This document shows, piece after piece, positions 1 to 14,156 of a stretch of DNA of 64,000 bases. Position 1 is the stretch's first letter. The number at the start of each line of letters is the position of its first letter. Source of the stretch: Octopus sinensis (Eukaryota); contig NC_043014.1 of the NCBI RefSeq assembly GCF_006345805.1, positions 2,232,001 through 2,296,000 on the forward strand. The letters are read 5' to 3'. Position numbers and translations under genes: made by a program. The notes under the pieces are model-generated. The model was not told the origin of the DNA. It saw only the letters and a program-made list of their open reading frames with translations, and made no database searches.

Positions 1-450
1 TATTGCTTTTAAGAGTTCTCTATTTCCAGATTCTATCGACTGTTTTTCAGGCTGATCCCGCTGTGCCGAGACGTGCTCTTATTTCATGGCTTCGTTCCTT
101 TGATTTTTCAATTATATCACACAGAACTGTTCTATGATAACCCCTTCACCCTGGATACCGAATCACTCAGGTGGTTTGTCTTTTCATGCTTTCTATGTAT
201 TGATTTCCATATAGTGTTCACTCGATACCTTGTATTTGTCCCGTTGTCTCTGTAGCGCGTATGGGGACTTTATGATAAGAGGCGTATAATCAAAAAACCG
301 TAGATTGTTGACGGTCTTTCCGTCGATGGAAATTTCGAGCCCGATAAATTTGGCAGCTGACTCGTTCATTCCATCTTCAGTTGTCGCTTGTCTATCTACT
401 CATTTCGAGCATTGAACTACAATATGAGTCTTGGAAGACAGTTGCTCCTA
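1..450 (-). mobile_element. Decayed RTE-like non-LTR retrotransposon reverse-transcriptase fragment
   Basis: Manual minus-strand translation gives ...ISIDGKTVNNLRFFDYTPLI... (degenerate NNLRFADD motif), ...HYMEINT... and ...SHEIRARLGTAGSA*KTVDRIWK, matching RT domains 5-7 and thumb of RTE-type LINEs; several in-frame stops. Confidence 0.65.
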
Positions 451-714
451 TAAGTACCAAAATAAAATTTGGGATTTATGAAGGGTCAAAGCTGGGAACT
501 AAAACAGAACAGAGTAAAAATACAAGGAAACGGAACGAAGACAAACATGGAGGGTCGTTAGACCAGAATGAGGGTAAAATAGCGAACGCTGGAGAAATAT
601 TTTCTTTGGAGAAGAGATAGAAGAGAGAGGTAGAATACGTCCAGTCTTTAGAACAGTCCTGAAGGAAAAGAAAGATGATCACGTGAGGAAAAGAAAGATG
701 GACGATGGTCATAT

Positions 715-756
<42 letters not shown>

Positions 757-764
757 ATATATAT

Positions 765-953
765 TACTCTTTTACTTGTTTCAGTCATTTGACTGCGGCC
801 ATGCTGGAGCACCGCCTTTAGTCGAGCAAATCGACCCCGGGACTTATTCTTTGTAAGCCCAGTACTTATTCTATCGGTCTCTTTTGCCGAACCGCTAAGT
901 GACGGGGACGTAAACACACCAGCATCGGTTGTCAAGCAATGCTAGGGGGACAA

Positions 954-988
<35 letters not shown>

Positions 989-1148
989 CATATATACGAC
1001 AGGCTTCTTTCAGTTTCCGACTACCAAATCCACTCACAAGGCATTGGTCGGCCCGGGGCTATAGCAGAAGACACTTGCCCAAGATGCCACGCAGTGGGAC
1101 TGAACCCGGAACCATGTGGCTGGTTAGCAAGCTACTTACCACACAGCC
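765..1148 (-). mobile_element. tRNA-derived SINE, family C (CORE-like GGCAxCTTGGGCAAGTG), with internal (TA)/(TG) microsatellite
   Basis: Reverse complement has a TGGCTGTGTGGTAAGTAGC A-box head and GGTTCAGTCCC B-box; near-identical copies at 1950, 9925, 23270, 34215 and 58185. Confidence 0.85.
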
Positions 1149-1183
<35 letters not shown>

Positions 1184-1711
1184 TGTATGTATGTATGTAT
1201 GTATGTATGTATGTATGTGTGTATGTGTATGTATGTATGTGTGTATGTGTGTATGTATGTATGTATGTATGTATGTATGTATGTATGTATGTATGTATGT
1301 ATGTATGTGTGTATGTGTGTATGTATGTATGTATGTATGTATATATATGTATGTATGTATGTATGCATGTGTGCATGTATGTATATATAAAAACTTTACA
1401 CAAACGATCGTGTCACTCAACTGGAATCCTTCCAACGGATCGCCAGAGACGTCGGCTTGCAGAGGGCACCGGAGGATCTTGTGCTAAGAACTACAGGAAC
1501 CGAACTCACCTGATACGTAGATTAGTAAACCTACTTGCTCTCGATACCAACTGCCATTCCTTTTGCAGGTTATCCGAAACATATTCATTCGGATTCTCAC
1601 CCCCCTTACTCTCTCTCACCCCCTTCTTTTCTCTCTTTAATTTTCATAATATATTCTTCACCCTTCTGTGTTGTAGCACTACACTTAACATATATGAATA
1701 TATATACATAC

Positions 1712-1767
<56 letters not shown>

Positions 1768-1780
1768 TATATATATACAT

Positions 1781-1821
<41 letters not shown>

Positions 1822-1949
1822 TGTGTGTGTGTATGTATGTATATATATATGTATACATATATATATATATATGTATATGTGTATAAATATATATGTTTAT
1901 ATCTGTGTGTGTGTATATATATATATTACGTATAAAATGTATATATATA

Positions 1950-2370
1950 CGCCTATATTCATAGGCGTAGGAGTGGCTGTGTGGTAAGTAGCTTGCTTAC
2001 AGACCACATGGCTCCAGGTTCAGTCCCACTGCGTGGAATCTTGATTAAGTGTCTTCTACTATAGCCTTGTGAGTGGATTAGGTAGACGGAAATTGAAAGA
2101 AGCCCGTCGTATATAAGTATATATATGTATATGCTGGTGTGTTTACGTCCCCGTAACGTAGCGGTTCGGCAAAAATGACCGATAGAATAAGTATTAGGCT
2201 TACAAAGAATAAGTCCTGGGGTCGATTTGCTCGACTAAAGGTGGTGCCACCGCATTGTCACAGTCACATGACTGAAACAAGTAAAAGAGTAAAAGAGTAT
2301 ATATAGTAAAGAGTATATATATAGTAAATGGCGGTGCCCCAGCATGGCCACAGCTTGTGAGCTGAAACTA
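1950..2370 (+). mobile_element. SINE family C copy
   Basis: GGCGTAGGAGTGGCTGTGTGGTAAGTAGC...GGTTCAGTCCCACTGCG head; same body as 765-1148 in the opposite orientation; duplicated 3' tail (GGCGGTGCC..GCAT twice). Confidence 0.8.
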
Positions 2371-2439
2371 AATAAAATTTTAAAAAATAGTATATATATA
2401 TGTATAAATATATATGTATAATATATATATGTATATATA

Positions 2440-2486
<47 letters not shown>

Positions 2487-2954
2487 TATATATATATGTA
2501 TAAATATATATATGTATATATATATATATATATATGTATAAATATACATATATATATATACATGCATAAATATACATATACATATATATATGTGTGTGTA
2601 TGTATGTATGTATGTTATATAAAATGTTGCTGAATAGTGTATTTTTAATGTACGCGATGGCTTCATGTCAGAGGAGCGTGAAAAACCAAATGCGATGCTT
2701 TGAAGTTCTATGTCTTTTCAAAATGAATCGTTGCTGTAAGTAAAGATCTCTCATTGTGGAATGAGAAAGAACAAGCGAAAGGCAGACTGAATGGGCGAAG
2801 GCGCCGACCTAATGTGTGATTCATATAATATGCTACGTACATACATTTATGTAACGGGAAAGGTTTGTTTAATAATCAAAGTTTTATTACCAAATTTTGG
2901 TGAATGAAAAAAAAAATCAATTTCTAAACAAAAGATATAACACTGATGGCATGA

Positions 2955-3633
2955 CTAAGCCAAACCATTCTCGTTCAGTTCGTTGCCTTCTCCATCGTCA
3001 GGCATATTCCTGAATAATGGTTTCAACCGTCTCGGTAGAGGTGGGTGTGAACTGCGACGAGGGAGAAGTTCTTTCTTTTCAAATCGAATCATATCGGATC
3101 GATCTGATTGGTGTTTTTGCGTTTTCAACACGGCATTGTTTTGTCTCAGACTGTCGGACAAGAGTCTGTCTCTGTTGTATTTCTGAAACGAAGAAGTGAG
3201 AGATGCTTCCCTCGGCAGAGACAGATTGTCTTTGAAAGAAGATAAGTCAAACATGTCTTTTTTCATATTAAGTTTATGAATCTGTCCGTTCAGTTTAAAC
3301 TCAGACGGATCTGTGGGATCCATAAAGGACTCCCTCCGTTTTTCGCGACGTTCTTTGCTGGAATCGCTATTCTTGTTCGCAAAAAGCCAGTTTGTATCCG
3401 GTTTCCCGCTTTCCGAGCCGTTGCTTCGCAATCGTTTACTCTCTTGGGAAATTTTGTTGACAAATCTTGGATTTTGCCGCGGGGAGATTTCTTGAGATGC
3501 TTTCGTGGAGACCGATCGCCGGACATCGGAATCGTCGTCTTTCCAGGAATTATTCGACTGGTGTTTCATTGATTCGGGGTCGATAAGAACAATTGCGTCT
3601 TCCCCATCAGAGAGTTCCTCCAAGTCAACATAC
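2955..3633 (-). CDS. Terminal coding exon of uncharacterised low-complexity, charged protein (gene 1)
   Basis: Acceptor ttttcag|G at 3634-3636; phase-2 junction GA|G TAT GTT GAC TTG (E-Y-V-D-L-E-E-L-S-D) joins the upstream exon in frame; open for about 226 codons to the stop at 2955. No recognisable domain. Confidence 0.85.
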
Positions 3634-3719
3634 CTGAAAAATATTTCAAAAATCTTTTATGAGAAAGCATTTTAAAACAAGAAAAGATATATATACTTCT
3701 TTCTTTCTTTCTTTCTTTC

Positions 3720-3865
3720 CCTAACTGGTACTTATCTAATCGACCCCGAAAGAATGAAAGGCAAAGTCGACCTCGGCGGAATTTGAACTCAGAACGTAAC
3801 GGCAGATGAAATACGGCTACGTATTTCGCCCGACATGCTAACGACTCTGCCAGTTCGCCGCACTA
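3720..3865 (-). mobile_element. SINE family A fragment (tRNA-like head plus GCCGAGGTCGACTTTGCC core)
   Basis: Reverse complement GGCGAACTGGCAGA...GAGTTCAAATTCCGCCGAGGTCGACTTTGCC, matching more than 10 copies in the window. Confidence 0.8.
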
Positions 3866-4504
3866 AACTCGGATAATATCTTTCTCTTAGGATAATGCCC
3901 TGCGAGGAAAGGGATGTTGTGGCTATCATTCACTACTGAGACGATATCAGGCGTATTGCGTAAAACCTGAATATCTTATCGTTAAGATTGTAAAGCAATG
4001 CGCCGTGGTTACTTTCAACAGTAAGTGGATTGGTTGCAACCGGGAATCGAAACCGGGCCTCGGATCCAGACAGCTGGAAGCAAAAGTCCACTACACAACT
4101 TAGTAAGCGAATGAAAAATTAATAATTGATAACAGATATTGATGAGCTGCCGCCCAATGTAATCGAACCTGACATGAACAATGATGCGTCTTTATGATAA
4201 AAAAAGGGGAGACAATCCCATTGAGGGCAAACCCATTAAAGCTCGTAATTACGACGAAAGCTCAAATATCACCTTTATTTAAAATGTAACGACGGTGTGT
4301 CTTTACAAAGTATATATTATTAATCTGTTCCATGCTGAGACTTGTTTGTTAATCTTTATCGATCTCTAACCGCCTGGTGTGGATGGCATAAATGGCAGAG
4401 AACTTGGCTGGTTTGCTATAATGAGTTCGATATAAGACAAGTCTTTTAGCTTCCAACTAAAACAAATTGATAAAACAATCACATGGCCAGCGCTCAAAGT
4501 ATTC

Positions 4505-4890
4505 ATATATGTCTTTATTACCCACAAGGGGCTAAACACAGGGAGGACAAACAAGGACAGACAAAGGGATTAAGTCGATTACATCGACCCCAGTGCGAAA
4601 CTAGTACTTTATTTATCGACCCCGAAAGGATGAAAGGCAAAGTCGACCTCGGCGGAATTTGAACTCAGAACGTAAAGTCAAACGAAATACCTATTTCTTT
4701 ACTACCCACGAGGGGCTACACACAGCGGAGACAAACAAGGACAGACAATGCGAAACTAGTACTTTATTTATCGACCCCGAAAGGATGAAAGGCAAAGTCG
4801 ACCTCGGCGGAATTTGAACTCAGAACGTAACGGCAGACGAAATACGGCTACGCATTTCGCCCAGCGTGCTAACGTTTCTGCCAGCTCGCA
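4505..4890 (-). mobile_element. SINE family A head-to-tail multimer
   Basis: Two core copies (about 4620 and 4790) joined at a GAAATAGGTATTTCGT junction; head at about 4885. Confidence 0.8.
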
Positions 4891-5927
4891 TTTATAAACA
4901 TATGTTCGTGTCTACTCGTGACTACACAGGCACCTGAAGCAATTAGTAAAAGCATGGTACACGTTATCAAGCTGCACCCATTCGTGAGTGACGGCTGCCT
5001 GTCTTGTACGTTTCAGCTGATACATATCAATGACCCCTTTTTTATTCATCCCTCGTTGTAAAGGGTTGTACTGTAGAAGGCAGATGATTATATATGTAAT
5101 ACCTTCAATTTTCTCTTCTGCCAAATTCTTTGCTCTCTCCTGTGTATCACACGTGATGCAGAGGACATATTTTCTTGATGTCTATGCTTTATATATGATA
5201 CACATTCCCAGTTCTTTTTAACAATCAGAAATACTTGAGACTGATGAAACGGAAAGCTTTGTATTTATCAGACTATGAAACGAGGGTTAAGTGAAGGTCT
5301 GAAAACAAGCATAGATGTTGAAGACAAACTTACGAAAATGATTTGGACAGGCAAGAAGCTAAAAAGACACGATGGTCACGGATGGAACGCTTTTAAAAAT
5401 GACTTAGTGGTTATCGATAGAACTTTTTTAACCCTTTACCTGTCGTGTGAATCACGTACGATACACAGGACATGTTTCTCTGGCTTCCATACATCATATA
5501 AGTGATACACATTCCCAGTTTAGTTTCAACCACCAGCGTATGTTAGGACTTAGGAAAGCAAAGCTTTATATTACTCAGAACATATGCAACAAGGACGAAG
5601 AGAAAGTCCGAAATCAAGCATGGACGTTGAGAACAAACTTTTGGAAACACTTTGGCCAGGCAGACGGCTAAAATAGCTGTAATTATTTTATAACTTTTAA
5701 ATTCTAAATTGCCACAATTTCGTCATTTCAGCAACAGACGTTTCTGTGTGATACCACAATACACCAAGAAACCTGTGGTTCGATTCCGGCAAAGGGTTCT
5801 CTTCGCGTTTGTTTCCGTCTGATAGGTATTTTTTTATCTGAAATATTCACTGTCATTTATGGCTTCAGTTACACAGGAACAGCTTCTCAAAGAGATTTAG
5901 CTTCAAATTTACTCAATTCTTCAAAGG

Positions 5928-5976
<49 letters not shown>

Positions 5977-6075
5977 ACACACATGTATATGTTTACATAC
6001 ATATACAGACACGCATGCACACATACACACATACACATGCGTCCGTTCAATTGTAAAACCGAAAAGAATACTTAC

Positions 6076-7249
6076 TCTATGTCCCCATCGAGGGAACTGT
6101 CATCGCTGTCCGTTATGGTCATCGCATGTGTCCGAGCACTGACCACGGCTGATTTCGGCCGAGCTGGACGGACCGAGTTGGGTCGTTTCCCGCCATACAG
6201 ATCTTCGTATTCCCATTTCATCAAACTTCTCAACGGACTAGCGTCATGTAAGTTCCCTAATTCGAACCTTTTATCTTTTGAATTGTGAGCCAATCTCGTG
6301 CTTGCATATCTATCACTATCACTATCAATATCATTATAATAATTATTGTTGTTGCTGTTCATGTCGCTGCTATAACTCTTATCATAACCATTGAAATAAG
6401 AGTCCGATCCTCGGCTCTCTAATTTGAAATCACTGTTATTATAGTGGGCCTTTTTGTCTTTCATATCATTCTTTGTCAAAACGTCGACGTCGTCGTCTCT
6501 AAGACCCATACCGTAATCATCGGTGAACGCTTCCGAGTGAGTACTGTTCCGGGAGCTAATATATAGGCTTCGGTTGTTTTCCAGATCATTGGAACGTTCT
6601 CGTTGAAGACGTTTAGAATGAAACTCAGAGGTTTTGCTAGAATGATAACTTTTCTCTGAAGTCCGTGGACTGCTTAAATGATAAACTCCCCTGGAACTTA
6701 TCGAGGATTCCACGGCTTTTTGACCGTTCCTGCGACGGTTTTGAATATGGAGTTTTCTCCTGTCCAGAGCAGCATTATCCGACATTCTAGCTTCAGCAGT
6801 GCCATTGGGCAGGTCGTTGCTAAGGCTGCTGGCGTTGCTAAGGCTGCCGGCGTTGCTGCTATTACTCACATCAATCGTCTCAAACGGGTACAGATTAGTC
6901 ACGTGAGGAGAAAACAAAGAGTTCGAGCGCTTGTTCCACTGTCTTCTCTCTCGTCGACTGATTTCACTCTTTCCAGGTGAAATTCTTTCATCCGGAATAT
7001 TTTGACTTGGGCCACGTGATAGTTTAGTCACGTGACGGCGGGACGGTTTTTTGCTGGTGTTTTCATTTTGGTGCGGTTCGATCGGCGCCATTTCCAAGGT
7101 TTTTTTCGGTGCCTGCGAACTGTTTTGTTTATAGGGGCGATAACGTGGTTTATGGAAGTCTCTGGAGAGGTCAAGTTTGGAATCTAATTGGGGATCTGTC
7201 TGTTCAGCACCTCTTTTGGCTAGCATACTTTCCTCGTCTCCAAATTCAC
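6076..7249 (-). CDS. Large 1174-bp internal coding exon of gene 1 (Ser/Arg/Asp/Asn-rich, probably disordered)
   Basis: Acceptor gtttcttttag|GT GAA at 7250 (phase 1); donor GA|gtaagt at 6075 (phase 2); 390 uninterrupted codons of non-microsatellite sequence; phase matches the terminal exon. Upstream exons not identified. Confidence 0.88.
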
Positions 7250-7330
7250 CTAAAAGAAACAAAATAGAAACAATTAATTTAGGAATAGAAATACGATTTT
7301 ACACATGCATACGAACACATGAGCGCTTGT

Positions 7331-7384
<54 letters not shown>

Positions 7385-9924
7385 CACACACACACACACA
7401 AACACACACAAACGCACACACACAAACACACACACATATACACTCACACAAACACACAAACACACAAACACTTACACACACAAACACACAAGCATATAAT
7501 ATATATACTCATACTTCATATAATTCACAATACATTATTCTATGGACAATATGAATCAATATAATTTGTCTCTCAAAATGAAATTACTCTTGCGAAAGAG
7601 AGAGATATAGAGAGGGAGAGGGGAAGGAGAGAGAAAGAACGAAAAAAGAAAGAGAAAAAGGAAGAGTGAAAGAAAATGAATGTAGAAGAGAGAGAGTCAG
7701 ATAGACAGAAGAGGTGTAAATGGAAAAAAATTCAAGTAGTTTAACCTAATTCTATAAGTGGTATTATTCTATCGATGTTAAACGATTCACAATCGATGTC
7801 GACAAAATGTTTACAAAGATACACAAAGCGTAACCATAACTAAAGTCGTTGGTGTTGCTGCGTCGCCCATTTCAACTTGGATCAAGATGTCGTCTGCTGC
7901 GCAATGGCGGTCGGTCGAAAGTCGAATGGTGTTTCATAGATCTGTTCTTACATTTGTATCTTAACCACCATACGACATGCAATTATTGAAGGTATGGGGA
8001 TAGAGTGAGGTCAATCTAGACATGCTGTGCTTCCTTTACAGCATTGAAACATCTAGTTTACTTGCTTATCTTATCACAGCGTAACAAATTGTTTACTGTG
8101 TTACGTCACGTTAGGCTATAGCCATGTATTATTATATCAAATATTGTATTTTGACGGGAACTGTTAGTGTCCTGAGGGTTCTGCTACACGCCATGTCCGA
8201 ATGCAGAAGTCAATATCTCATCAAACGACCCCTTCCACCACGACACCAGAGCTGCCCGAGGTCAAAACAACAACATGTGCTTTGTTGAATGAGGCATTAC
8301 GACTCTTAGCCGGATGTTTCTGTCGTCCTCAATGCTCGTTTTCATTGCACAATTCATTCGTGATGGGTTGTCTTTAGCGAGAAGCTTGTCATCAAGTAAC
8401 TCGACTCTGGCAAACTCAAAAGATACCAAATGTGGCTCGACTGCAGATGTGAATTGAGTTCTCGCGTCTAAAAATTGCTTCTTGACGACAAAATCTTTAA
8501 AAACACGACATTAAAGGTAACTCACATGACATAAAGCGTCATGTTGCGACATCTGGTGGAAGCCATCGATTTACAGGTGAAACCGATTAGGAAGGCAGTT
8601 GTGAAGGGCAGAGCAATCGCTTGAATTGCGGTAATGAGAGCATGAATTTAATTAACACTTGAGAGAGAGAGAGACAGAGAGAGACAGAGAGAGACAGAGA
8701 GACAGAGAGACAGAGAGACAGAGAGAAAAAGGAGGGAGAGAGAGAAAGAGAGAGAGAAATAGAAAGAGAGAGAAAAAGAGAGAGAGAAATAGAGAGAGAG
8801 AGAGTGTGTGTGTGTGTGTGTGTGTGTGTGGATGGATGGAACGGTTATGGACAGTCAACAGAGGTCAGACGTTCGAATCCCGACACCAGAAACTGTACTT
8901 TGTAAATTACTCAAAATGATACAGGTCACTCAGCTGTAAAGCATGCCATATCGGTCAGTGAGATGCTTTCAACGTCGCTTTCGTTCAGGCAGAGGGCAGC
9001 AGTATCGAGGAAGCAAGCGAGCAAGTACTGGTGTCCTCAAAAATAGGGTGACGGAGTGAATAGGGAGGAGAGATGAACCTCTTGCTGATAACGGTGGAAC
9101 GATGACAGGAAAGGTAGTGAGGGGTGAGCGCGTCGAGTGATGGCGGATGCTGCCGGGGTGCAAGGTAGAGGGCAGCGAGGGCACCCATGTGCAGAAGAAC
9201 CGTATTGGAGGAGTGGTGTTCTCAGTGACCCGAAAAAGGTTAACTTGTGGAGAGGCAGGTAGAAGAGTCAGTGACATCTCATCACATGTCACCGGGTGTA
9301 ATCAATTATTTAAAAAGATTTAATTAATTGTTTCTTTCTACTCGACCGACAAATTGATTAATCACTATAAACAGTGATTAATTGAAATAACACCACCACC
9401 GCCACCACCACCACCATCAGCAACAACAACAACAACAAAATCAATAACAATAACAATAATGATTTACTTTCACCAACGACAAGGACAGATACAGGAAGAG
9501 AAAAAACGGGGGTGGTGAGAAAGAGGGGATAGGAGTTACTCGCCCTTTTCCCCCAGCATATTACTGGTATAACATTGACCCCTGAGGATCTCCAAGGAAT
9601 CGATAAACACACGAAACGATTTTTAGCGTTAAGAGTGCTGAATTATAAGCAAACTAAATTCGGAAGAATGCAATAATTTAAGGCTAAAACTCATGAATTT
9701 CCAACCAAATTGCGATGCAATAATAATGAGTATTCACCAAACACATATTTCATATTAAATATTCCCACGATATCAATGTAATATCACTGAATTTTTAGTT
9801 TTCCTTAACATTTTTTTTTATGCATTTTCATCGAATTTCGTAAAATATTTCTTATTAAAAAGTGTGAACGATACAAAAGAACGGAGAATTTTATATTTTA
9901 TTTTTTATTCTTCCATTAGTTTTA

Positions 9925-10290
9925 GTCATTAGACTGCGGCCATGCTGGAGCATCTCCTAGAAGAATTTCGGTCGAACGAATTGACCTTATTACTTACTAT
10001 CTTTTAAGCCTGGTACTTATTCTATCGGTCTTTCTGGTCATACTGATAAGATACGGGGGCGTAAACACACCAACACCGGTTGTCAGGTGGTGGTGGTGGT
10101 GGAGGAAAAATAGATACAAAGATGCACACACATACACATATACATATATATATATACGACGGGCTTCTTTCAGTTTCCATCTACCAAATTCGCTCACAAG
10201 GCTTTGGTCGGCCCGAGGCTATAGTTGAAGACATTTGCCCAAAGTGCCGCGCAGTGGACCTGAACCCGGAACCATGTTGTTGGTAAGCAA
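9925..10290 (-). mobile_element. SINE family C copy (diverged)
   Basis: Same GACTGCGGCCATGCTGGAGCA...CTACCAAAT...GCAGTGGACCTGAACCCGGAACCATG layout as 765-1148. Confidence 0.8.
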
Positions 10291-10575
10291 AGTTTTTAAC
10301 CGCTCATCCATTTCTATCAATAAACCTTTCATTAATTGTATTTCATTTCAAAAATTCACATGATGCGAGTTAGCAGCAATTCTATGAAGATGGTCGGGTC
10401 AAATACATTAAGAAATTTTCCGACCCTTGGTATAACTCTTTCACCCATCCACTACTCTGGATTGGCTCCTTTTTTCTTTTCTTTTTGAGACCCCGAAAAG
10501 ACAAAGTTTACTTCCGCAGGACTTGAACGCTGAGAAAGAGAAGAAACTCTGGAAAAGTGTTCTCATCAAAATTAT

Positions 10576-10640
<65 letters not shown>

Positions 10641-11905
10641 TATCTATCCATCTCCATTGTCATGGGACCTCACCCCCCCCCAAAAGAAAAACAATGTTCT
10701 CTTCTAAACAAACCCCAAAACACATCTGTTTTATATAAATGAAGAAAGCTGTTTGTACATTCACAAACTTTTATTAGACAAGTTCGAGACAAGAACGAAA
10801 GCGCTATTAATAATGAAGAAATAAATCATTTTTTTTCCAAAATTCTGACATTTTTCTCAATATGTGTGTGTGTGTGTGTGTGTGTACTTATGCATATTCA
10901 TATATATTTATGTATTAGCACCTAAATACATGTATGTATGTATATATCTGTGTATATGTATGTGAATATATATAAATCTGTATATGTGTATCTATCTCTC
11001 TATCTGTCTACCTATCCATCTATCTAGCTATCTCTCTCTCTGTCAGTCTATTTATCTATGTGTGTGTGTGTGTGTGTGATATGTGTATATATGTCTATGT
11101 ACAATTAAAATATTGATTACTTCACATCATTTATGTGTCTCGTAGAAATTAGATCAACCTGCATGTATTAGGCTATTTATTTGAAATCAACCAAAGGAAA
11201 AAAAGAAGAGAAAAAAATTAAAGAAATACGGACAGAAAACCGTTTTGTATAGGTTTTGGAAACAGAAGGCAGAAGGGCGTTACTGAATACATAAATTATT
11301 TATTTATAAAGCAGCTTTTATCGTATAACCTTTTATCGATCTATTTGTCTTTTCACTGCAGTACCGTAACCACAGCCGTCACTGGCAAGCGAGAATTATC
11401 TGATAGCATGTGATATGTTTTAGCTTATTGTTTTATGTGCCTGTGTAGTAGCGATTAAATATAGACACCATATAGGTTTCAATATCGGTCAGAAGTAATC
11501 TCTCTCTCTCTCTCTCTCTCTCGCTCTCTCTCTCTCTTGTCTCCCTTTCTTTCCAGTGGCAGAATTAATAAAAATAACAACTATCTCATTAGCTTGTAGT
11601 GCTGATTTTAATTAGCTCTTTGGCCATGTAAATAATCTTGTACTCAGGGCCGAGTCTAACGAGAGTAGCAACCCGATATCACCACCCTTATTATATCTTC
11701 AATATCGTTTTGATTTTACAACTAAACGACCACCAGACTACAAGCACCAATACCACCGATGCTGTTCAGCTCTTGGAGCACCAGATTACCATTCGGAACT
11801 AAGAAGATCCTTCTCACTTCTAAACTGTTTCACTCGAAACGAATTCTCTCAGAAGAGCTAAGGACTTTGCAGTGAACCCTTAATGGTATCACGCTGTCTC
11901 GCAAA

Positions 11906-12136
11906 GGCAGCGAGCTGGCAGAATCGTTAGCACGCCGGGTGAGATGCTTAGCGGTATTTCGTCTGTCGTTACGTTCTGAGTTCAAGTTCCGCCGAGGTCG
12001 ACTTTGCCTTTCATCCTTTCGGGGTCGATTAAATAAGTACCAATTACGCACTGGGGTGGATATAATCGACTTAATCCGTTTGTCTGTCCTTGTTTGTCCT
12101 CTCTGTGTTTAGCCCCTTGTGGGTAGTAAAGAAATG
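11906..12136 (+). mobile_element. Full-length SINE family A with 21-bp target-site duplication
   Basis: GGTATCACGCTGTCTCGCAAA (11885-11905) and GGTATCACGCTGCCTCGCAAA (about 12137-12157) flank the element, with 1 mismatch. Confidence 0.9.
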
Positions 12137-12899
12137 GGTATCACGCTGCCTCGCAAAAGAGGCGTCGGAGAAAGTCGGCTTTCTAGTTTTAAGTGTTTGT
12201 AATCCAGTGTTTTAGAAATGCCTATCATTGGAAAAACTCAAATTATCCGTCAAGTATGTTTGACTTGAGAACCTTCCCAAAAAATTCCTCACACCACTTA
12301 GAGATCTTTTTAGGAGTTCTTAGTAGAATCCTGGAGTCCATATCCTGAAGCAAGCAGCCTTCTTTTTCTTTTTTCTTTCTTTCTTTTCTTTTTTTTTGTC
12401 TTTGGCAGAAAGTGGTTTCTTTCTATCTCCACCTCACCCCGTTATTGTGCGCTTGTATATGTGTACAAAACCCCATTAATTCATTCTTGTCCTGAATAAC
12501 AGTAAAACTGCAGAGATTTAATTGTTGCTGTTGTTGTTGTTGCTGCTGCTATTGTTGCTGTTGTTGCAATTAATGTGCCTATTGTTTTTTTTATTATTAT
12601 CCTTTACCGTTTTGTTGTTGTTGTAAATTGTGTCATTTCTGCTCTTGTGGGTTTCTGTTCTTTTTTACTGACGCTTTTTGTTGTCAGCGTTATTGTTGTT
12701 GTTGTTGTCGTTGTTGTTCTTGTCGTTGACCAGTTGGTTAATTCGTCACGCTCTTTGTTTTCATTCTGTGTGTGTGTGTGTGCGCGCGCGTATGACTGCA
12801 GTTCCCAAACATCCAGGTAATAACGGGAAAACATTTTCCCCGAAGACAAAAGACTTTCTGCCGCAAAAGCTGATACAATTGTAAAGATCAATGATTTAT

Positions 12900-13400
12900 T
12901 GATCTACAAAGCCCTAACCAAAGACTGTAGAGGGTGAGACAAGGGCCGAACTATAGCAGAGGATTGATAACCAGGGAGCTTTTAGCAGTGTTCACACGTT
13001 GGTTCCGGAAACAATGGCTATGAATAAGGCAACACCAGTAAGAGGACAATACACTGAACATGTCATGAGTAAATGGCAAACGATTATGTTGATCGAAACA
13101 AAAGAAGGAATAATGGAAACTAATCCATTCTCTATTACAAGATAAGTATTTTAAAGGGGCGCCCCCTCTCCACTCTTTTTCTGCCAGGTACTTATATCTT
13201 TATCCAACATATTAAACCAGATATTAAACGGATAGAAAAGCTGTAGGTGGATAATCGACAATCTTTTGTATATGTAGACGATGAATAATTAGAAACGCTG
13301 CTACGTATAGTACACAGGTTTACCACACACATTGAAATGAGATTCGGATCATAGAACTATAATAAGGCAGCTTTTAAGAGTGGGAACTTAACTGTAAACG
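12900..13400 (+). mobile_element. Highly decayed non-LTR RT fragment (RLE/R4-like type)
   Basis: Broken motifs resembling I.RGIFQGD.LSPLLFC (13125-13185), HLLYMDD (ATCTTTTGTATATGTAGACGAT, about 13261) and DI.M.FG (ATTGAAATGAGATTCGGA, about 13331); many frameshifts and stops. Confidence 0.55.
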
Positions 13401-14093
13401 TTAATATTTTGTTAGGTGAAGTAACAGAGACAAGAGAATTAAACCAAACACGGAATAAAATACTTGCTCAGCAAATTATTGTAAGGAAAAACTAGTCAAT
13501 CCATGAGGCCAAACAATGAAAGAGATAAAGGATGTATAAATATGATTAGGCTATTCTAAGAGAGTATTTATCAACTTTAAACGCTTTTGTTAATCTAAAA
13601 GATGTTTTTGAATACAGTTTTATTAATCTTGAATACGTGTTTTCCATTCAAAATTCTTAATTTAAAAAAATTGTGTTAATTAAGCATATTTCTTTAAGCA
13701 CGTCTTTCCTTGTAAATCGTGAAAGCTTCTATGTATTAAATAAATCGCTCCAAGAAACGTATTTCTTAAACCACGAATAATGAAGCTACAAATGAAGAGA
13801 TCAACTGAGGAAACAAATCCTTATTAAAAGACTACAGACAGAACTCACAGCCCCTTACAAAATTTACACATCAACAGTCTACCGCATTCATAGACCCTTA
13901 AGTCAGTTGGGTTTTATAAATTATTGCCATTGTTTATAGGATCTAGGAAAAGCTATAACTCAACCAGGACACATGTGACCCTAAAATTTCAAACAATATC
14001 ACGTAATTCGTATAAGATGAGAATATTCCGGAAAGAATTACTTTCACCACCAATGTGTGTGTGTTTGTGTATATTTGTATGTGTGTGCGCGTG

Positions 14094-14156
<63 letters not shown>

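Noticed and set aside
8160-9300. GC-richer unique stretches with an open minus frame of about 80 codons as candidate upstream exons of gene 1
   Set aside because: No acceptor/donor pair giving the required phase-1 junction and no recognisable motif; probably decayed retroelement sequence.
9535-9600. Short possible minus-strand exon ending A|gtaact
   Set aside because: Weak splice signals and ambiguous frame; cannot be supported without RNA data.
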